In this document: piece by piece, positions 17,971 to 26,641 of the stretch
Numbering within the stretch: the first letter of the stretch is position 1
How the letters are laid out: the number at the start of each line of letters is the position of its first letter
IMG/VR virus record: IMGVR_UViG_3300031365_000008
Span: 1 to 30,619 of that record
Origin: a virus
Lineage: Duplodnaviria; Caudoviricetes
DNA length: 30,619 nucleotides
Strand: one strand, 5' to 3'
The notes under the pieces: model-generated
Seen by the model: the letters and a program-made list of their open reading frames with translations, nothing else
What the model was told of the DNA's origin: nothing
Databases searched by the model: none
Translations under genes and position numbers: made by a program

Positions 17971-19956
17971 ATGCAGGATCTGCAAGGTTTAATTGTTAGT
18001 GATTTTGAAAATAAAGCGAATATAATATTGGGCAAGGTTGAGGTAGACAAAGATGGTCTGGGGAGCTGGGTAGAATTACAAGATGTCAAGGATTTCTCTA
18101 TACAATCAAATATAACCAACCTATTCCAGAATACTTGTGCCTTATCTTTTAATATAAATCTCCTAAATACCAAAGACAGATATTCATTTCATGACACCGG
18201 AGCAAGCTGTTATGGTCATATTAAAGAGGGAAGGAAGATAAGATTATATCTGGGAATCAGAACAGGTGTAACCACAACAGAAGAAGAAATAGAAGAATTC
18301 GATGAAACCTTTAATGGAGATAGCGTAGATGGTTGTATATTCCAGGGTAATGATGTCTATGACACAGCAAGGGATAACCCAAATGGGCTGGCAGTAGTGG
18401 ATTTGGACACTTTTATCACAATAGGACAGTTTTATATACCAGACCCCGGAGAGCCTGATTATGCCATTTATAGGAGTGCCTTATTTTTCGATACTTCGGA
18501 TATCCCAGAAGGAGCTATAATAACCAAAGCGACATTAAAGATACATGACACAGGAGCACCCTATACATATATTGAAACAGCTTTTAATATTATTGTTCAA
18601 ACTATCAGTTTTGAAAAACCGATATTCGCTGGAGATTATGACAAGACGAAATATAGCGGTAATTTAGGAAGTATCAGTACAGACGATATTTCGGAAGGCG
18701 TTTATAACGATATTGAATTAGATGTTAGTGCAATTAATAAAGGTGGAGAAACAAAATTGGGATTAAGAAGTAGTAAAGATATTGATGGAGTAGCTCCAAC
18801 TGGGATAGATATGCTATCTATATACACATCGGAGCAGGCTGATAAGCAGCCAAAATTATATATAGAATGGGAAGTAAAAGAAGAAGTAGAAACCGAAATA
18901 GAACCAGAAGATTATTATTGGAGCTGGTTGTATGGGATAGTAGATAAGCCGACAACACAATATGATGAAGCAGGGGAAACCTGTAATATAACCGGAAGGG
19001 ATTATATTGCATACCTTTCAGAAATCTACCTAAAGAATTTATGGTGGGGAAAGAATAAGAAATATGACATAGTAGCAGACCAGGAACATTATACAATGGA
19101 AGAAGACTGCAAAGGAATATATCGAGCATTCCTGGACAGGACAGGAGATGGTACAGGATTTGAGGAGATCTGGCTCAACAGTGAGTGGACTTATGATTGG
19201 GATATTAACGAATTTGTATTCTTGAAACCAAGCGTACCGAGAGAGAGCGGAGTAGGCTGTTTATGGTTATATTATTTCACTCCTCAAGCGGTAGAAAATG
19301 TGGTGGCCGACCTTTTAGTAGAATCCGGGATATTAACTTTATCAGAGAAATTTTTGTGGTTGAATAATCCATTATTATGTACTCCAACCGGGAAACAGAT
19401 AGACAGGGTATGGTTTGATAGCGGAACGGCTTATATCAGAGCAATAAATATGCTGACAGAGGTGGTTATATATCGATTTTATATTAACGGAAACCATGAA
19501 GCATGCTTTAAGCCAATACCAGAATTAAGCGAAACTGTTAAGAGGATTAATGATCATGAGTATATTATCAAAAAGACAGAAGAGAGGCTGGATGAATTAT
19601 ATAACCAGATCATAATAAAAGGAGAGACCCGGGAAATGAAAAGAAATTGGTTATCAGTTATGGCCTATTCTTCTGTCAGCGGGCTGGACAGCACCAGCGG
19701 GAAACTAAAAGGAGCGACAACTGATGATGGCGGGAACCTAATAATTAAGAGAGGATTTATTTGGAAGATAGAAGGAGAAGCAGATATCGCATGGTATGAA
19801 TCAGGCGGGGATCTGGGTATCGGATATTATGAACATATTATAACCGGACTTACACCAGGAACTGATTATAAATTCCAGGCCTATGCGGAAGATAACAAAG
19901 GGAATAAAAGATATTCTGCATGGTATTATTTTAGGACAGAAGAGGAGATATCATAA
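17971..19956 (+). CDS. Tail-tip/hub protein (N-terminal part) with inserted DNRLRE-like domain and C-terminal FN3-like domain
   Basis: EGRKIRLYLGI...YGIVD, ITGRDYIAYL, LYNQIIIKG. Insert YRSALFFDTSDIPEGAIITKATLKIH...PKLYIEW. C-terminal ITGLTPGTDYKFQAYAED. Confidence 0.7.
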   Translation: MQDLQGLIVSDFENKANIILGKVEVDKDGLGSWVELQDVKDFSIQSNITNLFQNTCALSFNINLLNTKDRYSFHDTGASCYGHIKEGRKIRLYLGIRTGVTTTEEEIEEFDETFNGDSVDGCIFQGNDVYDTARDNPNGLAVVDLDTFITIGQFYIPDPGEPDYAIYRSALFFDTSDIPEGAIITKATLKIHDTGAPYTYIETAFNIIVQTISFEKPIFAGDYDKTKYSGNLGSISTDDISEGVYNDIELDVSAINKGGETKLGLRSSKDIDGVAPTGIDMLSIYTSEQADKQPKLYIEWEVKEEVETEIEPEDYYWSWLYGIVDKPTTQYDEAGETCNITGRDYIAYLSEIYLKNLWWGKNKKYDIVADQEHYTMEEDCKGIYRAFLDRTGDGTGFEEIWLNSEWTYDWDINEFVFLKPSVPRESGVGCLWLYYFTPQAVENVVADLLVESGILTLSEKFLWLNNPLLCTPTGKQIDRVWFDSGTAYIRAINMLTEVVIYRFYINGNHEACFKPIPELSETVKRINDHEYIIKKTEERLDELYNQIIIKGETREMKRNWLSVMAYSSVSGLDSTSGKLKGATTDDGGNLIIKRGFIWKIEGEADIAWYESGGDLGIGYYEHIITGLTPGTDYKFQAYAEDNKGNKRYSAWYYFRTEEEIS

Positions 19957-22209
19957 ATGGCCGAACCGATAGAAGTAACTTTTTACGGATATAATAATTG
20001 GGATGGAGAATTAAAAAGTAGCAATGGCACATATTCAGTGGCACGTGCTGGAAATGATATTGAGAGAGAAGCAGAAGATGATAATATGATGGTGGGTCAG
20101 AGCCATGTATATGGAACCCCCTTTCCTCCAAACCCACCATACCATTTTTATTTTATATGGAGAGGTTTTTTATTTTTTGATACATCCGAAATTCCTACGA
20201 ATGCTGTAATTGTAAGTGCAACTCTTAGATTGCATGATAGTGGATATATTAGTAATCCTCCAACTGTCAACTTTGACTTAGTTATTCAAAAGTTTCCTGA
20301 TTGGACTGGATTTTCTATTGATGACTGGGGAGAAGAAAATTATGAAGGAGACGGTGGTTCACTTAATACATCATCTTGGGTGTCAGATTATTGGAATGAA
20401 ATAGAGTTAAATGAAGACGGTTTAAACATGATACTTAAAGGAGAAATAACAAGTTTAAGCCTTAGAAGCAGCAAAGATATAAGTTCTACTGCACCCACTG
20501 CAAATCCTTCATCCGATTATATAAGTATATTCACTCAAGAAGCAGAAGAAGGATACCGACCTGAATTGATAGTTACTTATACAATGATGGGAATAGAGAA
20601 TATCAAAGCAGAGCCAGACTCAACACAGGGAGCAATAAAATTATATGGAGAAATAACAGAAGGAGGCAATATAACTGAAAAAGGATTCGAATATATAATT
20701 CAAGATGAAGAGCCATCACCAGAGGACACCGGAATAGAAGTCATAAAGACAAAACCTGCTTATCAGGAATATTGGGATATAGGTGAATATTGGGCCTACG
20801 AATACGAAGGGAATGAAGTAGCTTTTGGAGATAGGTTATATCGTCTTTCAAGAGATGAAGAATATGAGCATACTACAATCTGGTGGTTTAGAGCATATTT
20901 TAAAATTGGAGAGGATAAATATACAGCAGATTCATGGATGAAAAACGTACCGACAGTTACAACGAGTGAATGCACCGAAGTAGGAGCACAGCAAGCCAAA
21001 GGGAATGGAGAGTTAACCGACAAGGGAGCGAATATCGTAGAGAGGTTAGGATTTAGAATTATAAAAGAATACAGCGGAGATTTAATGGGAGCTCAATTTT
21101 ATTGTAATATATTAAGCGGTTTTAAGGTAGCGGAAGAACTTGAAGAACATACACTTTATGATACAGAAGGGATTTATATAACCGGATATTATTGGGCCGG
21201 GATATTTTACAGGGATGCATTTTTCCCAAAATCACAAACACCAGGAGATTTTGAATTAGGAATTTATTCGTATGTTTTAGGAGGCGGATTGTTAGGAGAA
21301 GAATTGGGGATTTATCTGAAACCGAATGATACCTTAAAAATTCAGGCAATAGCTAAAAACGATTTAGGGATAGGATACGGAGCAGATGATGATATCGTAA
21401 CCGTAAACACAAGTCAGAATTTTCTCTTTGAGGAAGATGAACCGGTTATCTCTCCAACATCAGTAGAAAAGACAGTTACTATAAGAGATATTCCAGAAGG
21501 ATCGGTAGCGACCAGGGTAGGAATAAGATTAGGAAGAACTACAGGATGTAATGAGATAGATGTTTTCATGGATGGAGAATGGGGAAACGAAGAAAAGGTA
21601 ACCTTTTTTTTTACGGTTTTAGTTCCCGGGAAGAAATATTATGAAGAGCCATATATGGTATTAAAGCATACTGATATCGACCCGGAAACAGAAGAAGAGG
21701 TAGAATGGGAAGAAGAAATTATTGATGATGAGGAAGAAGAATTTGAAATGGAAGAATTAGAAGATGAAGACCTGGACGATATAATACCGACCTATGAAGA
21801 GTATAATTACAAAACGATCATCAGAGAGATTGGTTGCGAAAAGATATCAGACCAGAGTTTTATTGATAAAGCTGGAAGGAGAAGGAGCGGGACGATAACA
21901 AATCATCTCATACAGGACAGAGCAACATGCCAAACGGTAATTGTAGATTATTTAAATAAGTTCCAAACGATAAAATTAAAGGTAGAAATAGAATATGATA
22001 TCCCGATACCATTCGAAAGACAGGACAGCATATTAATAGATGATGGGGTAACATCCTTTAAAGCGAATGGAGAAGGCGAAATATTGTTCAAAGAGGATGG
22101 AGAAGGAGAGAGCCCAATGGCCACTACTATATTGGCAAAGATAAGGAAAATAGATAGTAATTTTATATCAGGATCAGAATCAATATTTAATTTAGAATTG
22201 GAGGTATAA
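19957..22209 (+). CDS. Tail-tip protein with DNRLRE-like and FN3-like domains, an acidic tract and a hub-like C-terminus
   Basis: RGFLFFDTSEIPTNAVIVSATLRLH...RPELIVTY, GNITEKGF, IQAIAKNDLGIGYG, DQSFIDKAGRR...NHLIQ. Confidence 0.65.
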   Translation: MAEPIEVTFYGYNNWDGELKSSNGTYSVARAGNDIEREAEDDNMMVGQSHVYGTPFPPNPPYHFYFIWRGFLFFDTSEIPTNAVIVSATLRLHDSGYISNPPTVNFDLVIQKFPDWTGFSIDDWGEENYEGDGGSLNTSSWVSDYWNEIELNEDGLNMILKGEITSLSLRSSKDISSTAPTANPSSDYISIFTQEAEEGYRPELIVTYTMMGIENIKAEPDSTQGAIKLYGEITEGGNITEKGFEYIIQDEEPSPEDTGIEVIKTKPAYQEYWDIGEYWAYEYEGNEVAFGDRLYRLSRDEEYEHTTIWWFRAYFKIGEDKYTADSWMKNVPTVTTSECTEVGAQQAKGNGELTDKGANIVERLGFRIIKEYSGDLMGAQFYCNILSGFKVAEELEEHTLYDTEGIYITGYYWAGIFYRDAFFPKSQTPGDFELGIYSYVLGGGLLGEELGIYLKPNDTLKIQAIAKNDLGIGYGADDDIVTVNTSQNFLFEEDEPVISPTSVEKTVTIRDIPEGSVATRVGIRLGRTTGCNEIDVFMDGEWGNEEKVTFFFTVLVPGKKYYEEPYMVLKHTDIDPETEEEVEWEEEIIDDEEEEFEMEELEDEDLDDIIPTYEEYNYKTIIREIGCEKISDQSFIDKAGRRRSGTITNHLIQDRATCQTVIVDYLNKFQTIKLKVEIEYDIPIPFERQDSILIDDGVTSFKANGEGEILFKEDGEGESPMATTILAKIRKIDSNFISGSESIFNLELEV

Positions 22210-22210
22210 T

Positions 22211-22570
22211 ATGGCAAATCATAAATTTACACAAGGAACTTCCGGTAGGGTAACCACAGCAGATTACATGGATGAACTAAATATTATAAACGAATTAAGG
22301 CAAATCGTAGAAGACCTTGCCACGATTGTAGGCCAGGTAAAATTAGGGGATAATTTATACCCAGCCAACGGAAGCATAGGAATATTGGCCACAAATGTAG
22401 TTAAAAACAATTTTGCAGCGGAAACATATCCATTGGTAACCGATGACGAAACAGAAGGATACAGCAAGGGAAGCCTTTGGATTTATGATGTGGATGCCTG
22501 GATATGTACGGATGCGACAGAAGGATTCGCAATATGGAGGGAAATAACAAACGAAGAACCAATATCATAG
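22211..22570 (+). CDS. Small tail/fibre-associated protein
   Basis: PLVTDDETEGYSKGSLWI...WICTDATEGFAIWREI module, also present in the 26642 fibre. Confidence 0.55.
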   Translation: MANHKFTQGTSGRVTTADYMDELNIINELRQIVEDLATIVGQVKLGDNLYPANGSIGILATNVVKNNFAAETYPLVTDDETEGYSKGSLWIYDVDAWICTDATEGFAIWREITNEEPIS

Positions 22571-22589
22571 AAAGGAGATGAATTAAAAT

Positions 22590-23042
22590 ATGAAGAAATT
22601 AATTTTAATAATTTTAGCAGTATTGATATTTAGCGGAATAGGGTATGCACAAGATAATCCCTTAACCGACAGGGAACGGCTCGTTCAGTTATGTGAAAGA
22701 ATGGCAAATATAATGGCTATAGTAAATAGGATAGAAACTAAAACTGATTTTATAACAGACAAAGTTAATATTTTAGAAAATAGGATAGTCGGCATAGAAG
22801 GGCAAATAGATGGTTTGGTAAGAAGGGATGTTATTAATACAGATAAGGCTAATAAACTTGAAATAAGAACACAGAAAAACGAAAAAGATATTGCTGTATT
22901 TATGGATAAAGTAGATACATTAGTGGAAAGGTGGAATATCTTATTAGGATTATTTGCTACTTTACTTTTAGGTATGTTTGTTTATATGTGGAAAGAAGTA
23001 ACCAGAAGGAGAGAAGGGAAAAGCGAAAGCGAAACAGCATGA
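22590..23042 (+). CDS. Membrane protein: signal peptide, coiled coil, C-terminal TM helix (XhlA/holin-associated type)
   Basis: MKKLILIILAVLIFSGIGYA|Q signal, heptad-rich middle, ILLGLFATLLLGMFVYMW helix. First gene of the lysis cluster. Confidence 0.55.
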   Translation: MKKLILIILAVLIFSGIGYAQDNPLTDRERLVQLCERMANIMAIVNRIETKTDFITDKVNILENRIVGIEGQIDGLVRRDVINTDKANKLEIRTQKNEKDIAVFMDKVDTLVERWNILLGLFATLLLGMFVYMWKEVTRRREGKSESETA

Positions 23043-23359
23043 TAGAAGAGAAAATAATAAAATTAATTAAATCACTTGACCGGATCATGGACACTTGGGA
23101 TAAATTAACCTTACGAAGGTCTATTATTAACATATTCTCGATATTGATATTTGTGCAGGTAATTATTTTTATAATAATTTTAATAATAGGAAGGGAAATC
23201 GAAACCAATACTTTGGGAGTCATGGGTTTGGAATTTACAGCCTGGGGAACGATGGTAGCCTTTTATTTTAATAACCGAGGGAAAGACGATAAAAGAGATT
23301 TTCAAAAAAGTATTAATAAAACTGTCCAGGGAGAAGAGGAGCAAGGGCATGGAGAATAA
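23039..23359 (+). CDS. Putative holin (2 TM)
   Basis: Two hydrophobic segments, VAFYF motif and a charged C-terminal tail. ATGA coupling upstream, overlaps the endolysin start. Confidence 0.6.
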   Translation: MIEEKIIKLIKSLDRIMDTWDKLTLRRSIINIFSILIFVQVIIFIIILIIGREIETNTLGVMGLEFTAWGTMVAFYFNNRGKDDKRDFQKSINKTVQGEEEQGHGE

Positions 23360-23822
23360 TATATATAAATATTTGAGCCAAAATTTTATGGAAAAAGAAT
23401 TTGCCTGCAAATGCGGTTGTGGGAAAAAAGGACCGATAGACCCGGAGCTTATACGTTTATTGCAGAGCTTAAGAAACAAACTTAATAAACCTATTCATGT
23501 TTTAGAAGGGGTAAGATGTAAAAAATATAATAAAGAAATAAATGGATTCATCGATAGCCCTCATCTAAAAGGGAAGGCAGCAGATATATATGTAAGTGGT
23601 ATGGATATAATTACCCTTGCTAAAACAGCTAAAAAAATAGGGTTTAACAGAATTGGCCTATATCCCTATAATAATTTTATACATGTTGATACGGTTATCC
23701 CATATCCTTCTGAAGCGTGGGTAAGAACTGGGTTAAAATCTAAAGATTGGGTTTACCATTATTTTAAGACATTAGAAGAAGCAATTAAATATATAAAGAA
23801 AGGAGATGATAAGAATGCCTAA
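23349..23822 (+). CDS. Endolysin, peptidase M15A family (Zn peptidase)
   Basis: NFMEKEFACKCGCG, GVRCKKYN, SPHLKGKAADI, IGLY...FIHVD. Confidence 0.9.
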   Translation: MENNIYKYLSQNFMEKEFACKCGCGKKGPIDPELIRLLQSLRNKLNKPIHVLEGVRCKKYNKEINGFIDSPHLKGKAADIYVSGMDIITLAKTAKKIGFNRIGLYPYNNFIHVDTVIPYPSEAWVRTGLKSKDWVYHYFKTLEEAIKYIKKGDDKNA

Positions 23823-23946
23823 AAAAGATGGCACTGGACCACCAAAAGGAAGTCAAGGACCGCGGAATGGCCGAGGTGGAGGAAGCGGAAGAGCTCCAGG
23901 AAGAGGATCAGGTTCAAGAACAGGCGGGAAAAAAGGAAACTGTTAA
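23815..23946 (+). CDS. Small Gly/Arg-rich peptide, DUF5320-like (43 aa)
   Basis: Not in the track. SD AAAGGAG. MPKKDGTGPPKGSQGPRNGRGGGSGRAPGRGSGSRTGGKKGNC. Confidence 0.65.
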   Translation: MPKKDGTGPPKGSQGPRNGRGGGSGRAPGRGSGSRTGGKKGNC

Positions 23947-24046
23947 TAAAAAGGCCGAACCTCCGCATGGTTAAAATAAAGTTATTTGCGGACTTTATGC
24001 CTAAAGGCCTAAACGGAGGGGAGGCCTAAAAGAAAGGAGGACAGAT

Positions 24047-24451
24047 ATGGATACCACATGGATATATTTATTATTAATGGCAATCATTATTCCACTTATA
24101 ACATTATATTTTATCAACCGGGGGAAACAAAAAGAAACCAGCATCGAACCAAATTTTGTACATATATTCCCGGATTATTCCAGAGAAAATCCATACAATG
24201 CGATTCCAGGGGAAATTATAAAATTTACAGTAAAGGGATATACAGATGAAAAACAGATAGAAGAGATACCATTAATAGAAAAAGATATTACCTGGAAATA
24301 CCAGAATTATGTTGGAAACATTATCCTAAAAGAACCGAATTCAATAACCTACAGATTACCAATAGCAAAAGAGAAGCAGGGCAAAATATCTTACGTATCA
24401 GTTTATTATCATAAATTAAAAGATACATCCTGGATGAGAATATCGATTTAA
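24047..24451 (+). CDS. Membrane-anchored protein with Ig-like beta domain
   Basis: SD AAAGGAGG, N-terminal TM, PGEIIKFTVKGY...ITW. Confidence 0.6.
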   Translation: MDTTWIYLLLMAIIIPLITLYFINRGKQKETSIEPNFVHIFPDYSRENPYNAIPGEIIKFTVKGYTDEKQIEEIPLIEKDITWKYQNYVGNIILKEPNSITYRLPIAKEKQGKISYVSVYYHKLKDTSWMRISI

Positions 24452-24574
24452 ATTGATTTTAAGAGGGGTCTCCGGGGAATAAGGTAAAAAGATACCAGCA
24501 AGCCAAAGGGGAAAAGCGTAGATGGGTCACAAAGAGAAAATGATGGGTAAATAAAACGAAAGGAGGTGAAAAAT

Positions 24575-24997
24575 ATGACAGCCGTAATAATTATTATATT
24601 AGTAGCCTTATTTTTAACAATAGGCATAACAAAAAAGCAAAAGGACAAAAAAAACAAAGAGGATATCGAGCTTAAAAATAGTGAATCTCTCGGGAGCGAT
24701 ACGGATTTGAACAAATTGCAAGTTTACTATAATGGTGGAATAAAAATAACAGCGGGCGAAACCATAGTGACAGCAGAGGAGCTAACGTTAACCGTAAAGG
24801 GATTTGATATCAAAGGCAAAGAAGTATATTTAAACCCGAACAAAATAACCTGGAACCATAGCTGTCAATGTGTTAAATTTGGAAACAATACCGGGATAGT
24901 AAATACAGTGAATTGTTCGATAAAAGGAAAGCTCAAGAGAAATGTCTGGGTAAAATACGGAAATAGAACATTTTCGTGGAAAATACAATTTAAATAA
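24575..24997 (+). CDS. Membrane-anchored protein with Ig-like beta domain (similar to the upstream gene)
   Basis: SD AAGGAGGTGA, N-terminal TM, LTLTVKGFD..G......ITW. Confidence 0.6.
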   Translation: MTAVIIIILVALFLTIGITKKQKDKKNKEDIELKNSESLGSDTDLNKLQVYYNGGIKITAGETIVTAEELTLTVKGFDIKGKEVYLNPNKITWNHSCQCVKFGNNTGIVNTVNCSIKGKLKRNVWVKYGNRTFSWKIQFK

Positions 24998-25012
24998 AAG
25001 GAGGAATGGAAG

Positions 25013-25192
25013 ATGAAATTATTAGAATTAATATTCATGATTCTATTGGTAATGGCAGCGATTTATGTTATTTTCAATATTCTGGACTTTTTAAAAAGCT
25101 GGTATCGATGGATTATTTTATTAGCAAAAGGAATCTGGAAAATTATCGTCTGGCTGTGGAAGAAAATAATAGGCATATTTAAAAAGGAGTGA
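25013..25192 (+). CDS. Small membrane protein (59 aa) with amphipathic Trp/Lys helix
   Basis: Not in the track. SD AGGAGG. MKLLELIFMILLVMAAIYVIFNILDFLKSWYRWIILLAKGIWKIIVWLWKKIIGIFKKE. Confidence 0.65.
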   Translation: MKLLELIFMILLVMAAIYVIFNILDFLKSWYRWIILLAKGIWKIIVWLWKKIIGIFKKE

Positions 25193-25198
25193 AAAAGG

Positions 25199-25333
25199 AT
25201 GGATGGAAATATTATAATATATGCAGAGATATCAACTACAGATGGCGATAAGTATTATTTAGGTTATGAAGAATGCAAGAAATATTCCTATACAAACGAT
25301 GTTATTGTGATTAGAGAGGATGATAAGGAATGA
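25199..25333 (+). CDS. Hypothetical protein (44 aa)
   Basis: SD AAGGAG. MDGNIIIYAEISTTDGDKYYLG... with an ATGA overlap into the next gene. Confidence 0.4.
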   Translation: MDGNIIIYAEISTTDGDKYYLGYEECKKYSYTNDVIVIREDDKE

Positions 25334-26142
25334 AAACAGCTTTAAAAGTAATTGCAATAATTATTTTAATAGGGATATTAATCTTTGCCGGATACGAGGG
25401 GTATTTATTATACCAGAAGTGGAAAGGCCAGAGGATTGATAAAAGCAAAGAATTGGAGATCATTGAATTATTACAGAAGCAGCAAGGTACAATCTTGACC
25501 TTACGAACCGAGATAGCGGAAATAGAGAAGAAGGTAGTAGTAAATACCCTGAAGGAAACAACCGTAGTCAAAGAAGAAGCTCCAACATACGAAGCCAAAA
25601 AGGAAGAATTAATTGAATTGGAAAAAGAACCGGAAGTCAATGCTGAAAAGATAGAAGTGGCCAGAGCAGAATTTGAAGAGCGGATAAATGAATTCCAGGC
25701 CAGCCCGGACAAGATACTTATTAACACCGGGGAAGATAAGATCGTCATATATGAAGATGATCAGGGGAACCTGGTATCACTCGAGAGCGGAGTAACCATA
25801 ACCAGACACCGCAAAGCGAAAGAAGTAATAAACGAATTAAAGGCCGGAGCACCGATACAGAAGGAAGTGGACAAGAAATATGCTATGGCATTTAGTATGG
25901 TTTATGACCTGGAAGATAAATACTATTCCCCGGGGTTAAGTTATCAATTATGGGATTGGAAAGATTTAAGTTTAAATATTACAGGGTACGATTTTGAGGA
26001 CATCAAGGCAGGCATGGATTTATGTTATAATATTAATAAGAATATCGTAGTAGGAATAGGAGCAAGGATATTCACATTGGAAGATTACGAATTTAGCTTT
26101 GATAAATATTATATAAAAGCCGGAGTGGAATTCGAATTCTAA
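25330..26142 (+). CDS. TM-anchored coiled-coil protein with beta-strand C-terminus (spanin candidate)
   Basis: N-terminal TM, E/K coiled coil, final ~90 aa of alternating beta strands ending YYIKAGVEFEF. Confidence 0.55.
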   Translation: MKTALKVIAIIILIGILIFAGYEGYLLYQKWKGQRIDKSKELEIIELLQKQQGTILTLRTEIAEIEKKVVVNTLKETTVVKEEAPTYEAKKEELIELEKEPEVNAEKIEVARAEFEERINEFQASPDKILINTGEDKIVIYEDDQGNLVSLESGVTITRHRKAKEVINELKAGAPIQKEVDKKYAMAFSMVYDLEDKYYSPGLSYQLWDWKDLSLNITGYDFEDIKAGMDLCYNINKNIVVGIGARIFTLEDYEFSFDKYYIKAGVEFEF

Positions 26143-26159
26143 AAGAGAGGAGATGACAT

Positions 26160-26615
26160 ATGGCAAAAAAACAAGCGAATTTCCCAGGTACACTTGATGA
26201 ATTAACCGTAGACAGACAACCGGAACAAATAGTAACTTCCGATAGTTATGATGTAATAGAAAATGCTATATCTAAAATAGAAGCCGAGCTCCGGAGGATA
26301 ACTGAAAAATCCGGAGCATGTGTTTTGACGATAAGCGAATCCGGAGTAATAAAATTAACAGCTTCCGAAGATTGGACTCTTACCTTGCCAGATACAACCG
26401 GGATAACAAAAGGATTGCCTTTTTTGATTTATAAAGCAGATGATAATAATCATAGGATAACAATCGTTCCAGCAGCAGGCCAAACCATAGCAGGGGAAGC
26501 ATCGTATACAGAATTAAATTATAAAAATAGTTGGGTTTATTTAAAATCCGATGTTGGAGGTTGGAATATAATTTTTAAATCAAAATCTTTAGATATGGGA
26601 GAATGGGAAAGTTAA
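26160..26615 (+). CDS. Fibre-associated structural protein
   Basis: NFPGTLD N-terminus. TLTLP...IYKADD...ITI....QTIAG...SD..GWNII domain shared with the 28698 gene. Confidence 0.55.
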   Translation: MAKKQANFPGTLDELTVDRQPEQIVTSDSYDVIENAISKIEAELRRITEKSGACVLTISESGVIKLTASEDWTLTLPDTTGITKGLPFLIYKADDNNHRITIVPAAGQTIAGEASYTELNYKNSWVYLKSDVGGWNIIFKSKSLDMGEWES

Positions 26616-26641
26616 TAAAAAAAAGAAAGGAGATGAATTAA

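Noticed and set aside
21680-21800. GAA/GAT-rich tracts (also 5360-5480) as repeat arrays or CRISPR
   Set aside because: They are low-complexity acidic coding sequence with no repeat-spacer structure. No CRISPR, tRNA or rRNA was seen in the window.
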